40,237 bases of DNA from Planococcaceae bacterium UBA3378 (GTDB lineage: Bacteria; Bacillota; Bacilli; Bacillales_A; Planococcaceae). The notes under the pieces were generated by a model that did not search any database, was not told the DNA's origin, and was given only the letters and a program-made list of their open reading frames with translations. The position numbers were made by a program, and so were the translations under genes. Below are positions 37,136-40,237 of the stretch, piece after piece; position 1 is the stretch's first letter, and each line of letters begins with the position of its first letter. The stretch is taken from positions 1 through 40,237 of the forward strand of contig DEQA01000060.1 in assembly GCA_002359075.1 (NCBI GenBank), written 5' to 3'.

Positions 37136-37184
37136 CATAATTAGAATGTTAAAGTACAAATAATAAACAACAGGAGGAATTATC

Positions 37185-37748
37185 ATGGCATTAATCGGTA
37201 AAGAAATCCAACCATTCTCAGCAAAAGCGTTCCAAAAAGGTGAGTTCATCGACGTATCTTCAGAAAACTTCAAAGGTCAATGGAGTGTAGTGTGCTTCTA
37301 CCCGGCAGACTTCACATTTGTTTGCCCGACTGAATTAGAGGACTTACAAAATGAATATGCAACATTGAAAGAATTAGGTGTAGAAGTATACTCTGTATCT
37401 ACAGACACTCACTTCACACACAAAGCATGGCATGATACTTCAGATACAATCGGTAAAATCGAATATATCATGATTGGTGACCCATCTCACACAATCTCTA
37501 GAGCATTCGACGTATTAAACGAAGAAGACGGCCTTGCTGAGCGCGGTACATTCATCATCGATCCAGACGGTATTGTACAAGCTTATGAAATCAATGCTGG
37601 CGGTATTGGCCGTGATGCTTCTACAATCGTTAACAAAATCAAAGCAGCTCAATACGTTCGCAAAAATCCAGGCGAAGTTTGCCCGGCAAAATGGCAAGAA
37701 GGCGCTGAGACGTTAACACCTAGCTTAGATCTAGTAGGTAAAATCTAA
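37185..37748 (+). CDS. ahpC: Alkyl hydroperoxide reductase subunit C (2-Cys peroxiredoxin)
   Basis: [37 protein letters not shown]. Confidence 0.98.
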   Translation: MALIGKEIQPFSAKAFQKGEFIDVSSENFKGQWSVVCFYPADFTFVCPTELEDLQNEYATLKELGVEVYSVSTDTHFTHKAWHDTSDTIGKIEYIMIGDPSHTISRAFDVLNEEDGLAERGTFIIDPDGIVQAYEINAGGIGRDASTIVNKIKAAQYVRKNPGEVCPAKWQEGAETLTPSLDLVGKI

Positions 37749-37775
37749 GATTTTGAAACTGAACATATAACGATG

Positions 37776-37824
37776 CAGGCGGCAAAGAACAATCCCTTTG
37801 ATTGATTTTTGTCGCTCTGTTTTT
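37776..37824 (+). terminator. Internal terminator-like hairpin between ahpC and ahpF
   Basis: CAG-GCGGCAAAGA-CAATC/GATTG-TTTTTGTCGC-CTG followed by a T run. Confidence 0.6.
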
Positions 37825-37885
37825 ACTAAGGAGAATGCGAGGTGAAGGGTCTGCTACTGTAAGCAGTTTTGTAGCAGCAAACAGT

Positions 37886-39451
37886 ATGGTATTAGATACG
37901 CAAATTAAAGCGCAATTAAAGCAGTATTTAACATTGCTTGAAGGGGATCTTGTATTAAAGATCAGTGCGGGCGAAGATAAAACATCGCAGGATATGTTAG
38001 AACTCGTAACAGAATTAGAAAATATGTCACCGCGTATTACAGTAGAGCGTGTGCAGCTGGAGCGTACGCCAAGTTTCAGCGTGAATAAAGCTGGCGGGGA
38101 AGCAGAATCAGGTGTAGTATTTGCCGGCCTGCCTTTAGGACATGAATTCACGTCGCTAGTACTTGCTTTGCTGCAAGTGAGCGGCCGTGCGCCGAAAGTT
38201 GATGAAGCGGTAATTCAGCGTATCCAGGCTATTAAAGAGCCGCTGCATTTTGAAACATACGTAAGCCTTACATGCCATAACTGTCCGGATGTTGTCCAGG
38301 CGCTTAATATTATGGCTGTGGTCAACCCGAATATTACCCATACAATGGTTGAGGGCGGTACATTCCAAGATGAAGTGAAGGCAAAAGACATTATGGCGGT
38401 GCCGACTGTTTTCCTAAACAATGAAAACTTTGCCGGCGGCCGTATGGAAATTGAAGATATTCTGCAAAAGCTGGGCAGTAAATCAGACGGCTCTGAATTT
38501 GCGGATGTCGAACCATTTGATGTGCTGGTAGTGGGCGGCGGTCCGGCAGGTGCCAGTGCTGCCATTTATGCTGCACGTAAAGGAATTCGCACAGGGATCG
38601 TAGCTGAGCGCTTCGGCGGTCAAGTAAACGATACATTATCTATTGAAAATATTATCGGTACAAAGTCAACAGAAGGACCGCAATTTGTTGCAAGCCTGGA
38701 AGGTCATGTAGCCGATTATAATATTGATGTAATGAAATCGCAGCGTGTTGCCAATATTTCACGTAAAGAGCTTGTGGAAGTACAGCTTGAAAATGGCGCG
38801 GTGTTAAAAGGGAAAACGGTGATTCTGTCAACAGGTGCCCGCTACCGTCAGCTAGATGTACCGGGAGAAGAAGCATTTAAAAATAAAGGTGTTGCCTACT
38901 GCCCGCACTGTGACGGACCGATTTTCAAAGGGAAAAATGTAGCCGTAATAGGCGGAGGGAACTCCGGTGTGGAAGCTGCGATTGATTTAGCTGGTATTGT
39001 GAATCATGTCACATTGCTGCAGCGCGGTCCTGCATTGAAAGCGGACCTTGTATTGCAGGAGCGTCTTCGCAGCCTGCCGAACGTAACAATCCTGACAAAT
39101 GCCTTAACAGAGGAAATCACAGGTACGGATAAAGTAAACGGGCTGACATATTTAGACCGTGTAACTGGAAAAGAGCAGCATATTGAACTTGAAGGTGTAT
39201 TCATTCAAATCGGGCTGCTGCCAAACACAGAGTTTTTACAAGGAACAATTGATCTAAATACACACGGCGAAATTATCGTCGATAAGCACGGCGCCACAAG
39301 TATGCCGGGTGTATTTGCGGCAGGCGACTGCACAGATACAGTGTTTAAACAAATTATCATTTCCATGGGCTCGGGTGCTACAGCGGCGCTTGGAGCATTT
39401 GACTACCTCATCCGTCATACGGCATCAACACCAGAGTCTGTAGGCGTATAA
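37886..39451 (+). CDS. ahpF: Alkyl hydroperoxide reductase subunit F
   Basis: MVLDTQIKAQLKQYL typical N-terminus; CHNC, GGGPAG, CPHC, GGGNSG; true start uncertain (see findings). Confidence 0.95.
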   Translation: MVLDTQIKAQLKQYLTLLEGDLVLKISAGEDKTSQDMLELVTELENMSPRITVERVQLERTPSFSVNKAGGEAESGVVFAGLPLGHEFTSLVLALLQVSGRAPKVDEAVIQRIQAIKEPLHFETYVSLTCHNCPDVVQALNIMAVVNPNITHTMVEGGTFQDEVKAKDIMAVPTVFLNNENFAGGRMEIEDILQKLGSKSDGSEFADVEPFDVLVVGGGPAGASAAIYAARKGIRTGIVAERFGGQVNDTLSIENIIGTKSTEGPQFVASLEGHVADYNIDVMKSQRVANISRKELVEVQLENGAVLKGKTVILSTGARYRQLDVPGEEAFKNKGVAYCPHCDGPIFKGKNVAVIGGGNSGVEAAIDLAGIVNHVTLLQRGPALKADLVLQERLRSLPNVTILTNALTEEITGTDKVNGLTYLDRVTGKEQHIELEGVFIQIGLLPNTEFLQGTIDLNTHGEIIVDKHGATSMPGVFAAGDCTDTVFKQIIISMGSGATAALGAFDYLIRHTASTPESVGV

Positions 39452-39481
39452 TGATCTATAAAGCATTACCGGTAACGATAA

Positions 39482-39520
39482 AAAAGAAGCATTCCTCTCA
39501 TTTTGGGGAATGCTTCTTTT
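39482..39520. terminator. Bidirectional terminator
   Basis: AAAAGAAGCATTCCTC-7nt-GGGGAATGCTTCTTTT. Confidence 0.85.
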
Positions 39521-39526
39521 GCATAG

Positions 39527-40132
39527 TCAGGATTCATTTTGTGTAAACAACAGCTTAATACCAAAGCCTACAAGCACGATACCGGTTGCTTTTTCCATAT
39601 AGCCCTGCACCTTCGGGGATAAAAGCCATTCCCGGACATAATATAAAAAGCAGACATAGCAGACGAACCATAAAATCGAAACAACCGCGTAAATAGTTCC
39701 CATCATGAATAGTTCGATCATTGCTGTCTCTTTTGAGGTCACAAATTGCGGAAGGAACGTAATAAAAAAGATGGCGACCTTCGGATTTAAAATATTGCAT
39801 AAAAGTCCTTCTTTAAAGGCATTGCCTTCTTTAATCTGCTTACCTTCAGCCGGTTGTTCGACAGGCCGCTTGATGAGTGAGCGTATGCCCAAATAAATTA
39901 AATACAAAGCGCCGATCCATTTTAAAAGGGTGAAGGCGAAAGCAGATTGTAAGATAAGCATCGATATCCCCAGTGTCGCAGCAAGAGTATGAACAAGAGA
40001 GCCTGCTGTGATTCCGAAAGCCATTTGCAACCCGTCTTTCCTGCCATTTGCCATCGTTCGTTTCGTAATGAGGGCCGTATCGATTCCAGGACTCAGGACA
40101 ACAAAAAACGTCATGACTAAATACGTAATCAA
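39527..40132 (-). CDS. LysE/RhtB-family translocator
   Basis: LSPGID, LKWIGALYLIYLG, NILNPKVAIFF..FLPQF; TTG start behind AAGGAG. Confidence 0.92.
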   Translation of the reverse strand: MITYLVMTFFVVLSPGIDTALITKRTMANGRKDGLQMAFGITAGSLVHTLAATLGISMLILQSAFAFTLLKWIGALYLIYLGIRSLIKRPVEQPAEGKQIKEGNAFKEGLLCNILNPKVAIFFITFLPQFVTSKETAMIELFMMGTIYAVVSILWFVCYVCFLYYVREWLLSPKVQGYMEKATGIVLVGFGIKLLFTQNES

Positions 40133-40237
40133 ACTGCTACACTCCTTTTATTTGTTCATTCTTACTTAATATGTTAAATTTAAATTAACATAAATAAACA
40201 GTTTGTTCAAGAATATGGCTCATCACCAAAAGTCGGG

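Noticed and set aside
37802..37885. 28-aa N-terminal extension of AhpF as given in the ORF track
   Set aside because: The TTG start lies inside a terminator-like stem with no SD; AhpF-like sequence begins at MVLD (37886)

Overview
Chromosomal window from a spore-forming Bacillales bacterium; gene content and intergenic style suggest a Lysinibacillus/Solibacillus-like Planococcaceae, which is inference. It has about 36 CDS and no recognisable rRNA, tRNA, CRISPR array, transposase or phage gene. Left third (1-16.4 kb): a PucR-family regulator sits with two catabolic units. One unit is a class-III aminotransferase plus CoA-acylating (methyl)malonate-semialdehyde dehydrogenase. The other is a YtcJ-type amidohydrolase, DUF3311-like peptide, Na+/solute symporter, M20 carbamoylase and nitrilase-family hydrolase. 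Both promoters carry the same tandem ACA-N3-TGT boxes. The two units are separated by a visibly AT-rich block (LysR, two GntP permeases, 3-hydroxybutyrate dehydrogenase). This looks like an uncharacterised amide-hydrolysis route feeding beta-alanine/beta-aminoisobutyrate catabolism and is the best candidate for a new system here. The rest is a patchwork: RlmI-like methyltransferase, M48 protease, a probable sporulation gene patch, TetR/SDR pair, splB, an unlisted 44-aa membrane peptide, T-box-controlled ThrRS, AraC, ymcC/pksA-like pair, corA, a lipoprotein, gene relics, a DHFR-like protein, MHYT-EAL protein, ahpCF and LysE. Non-coding features of note are 21-bp-period intergenic micro-arrays and a ~50-nt structured segment separating the ahpF Shine-Dalgarno from its conserved start codon. 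All family calls are from motif recognition by eye, not database searches.
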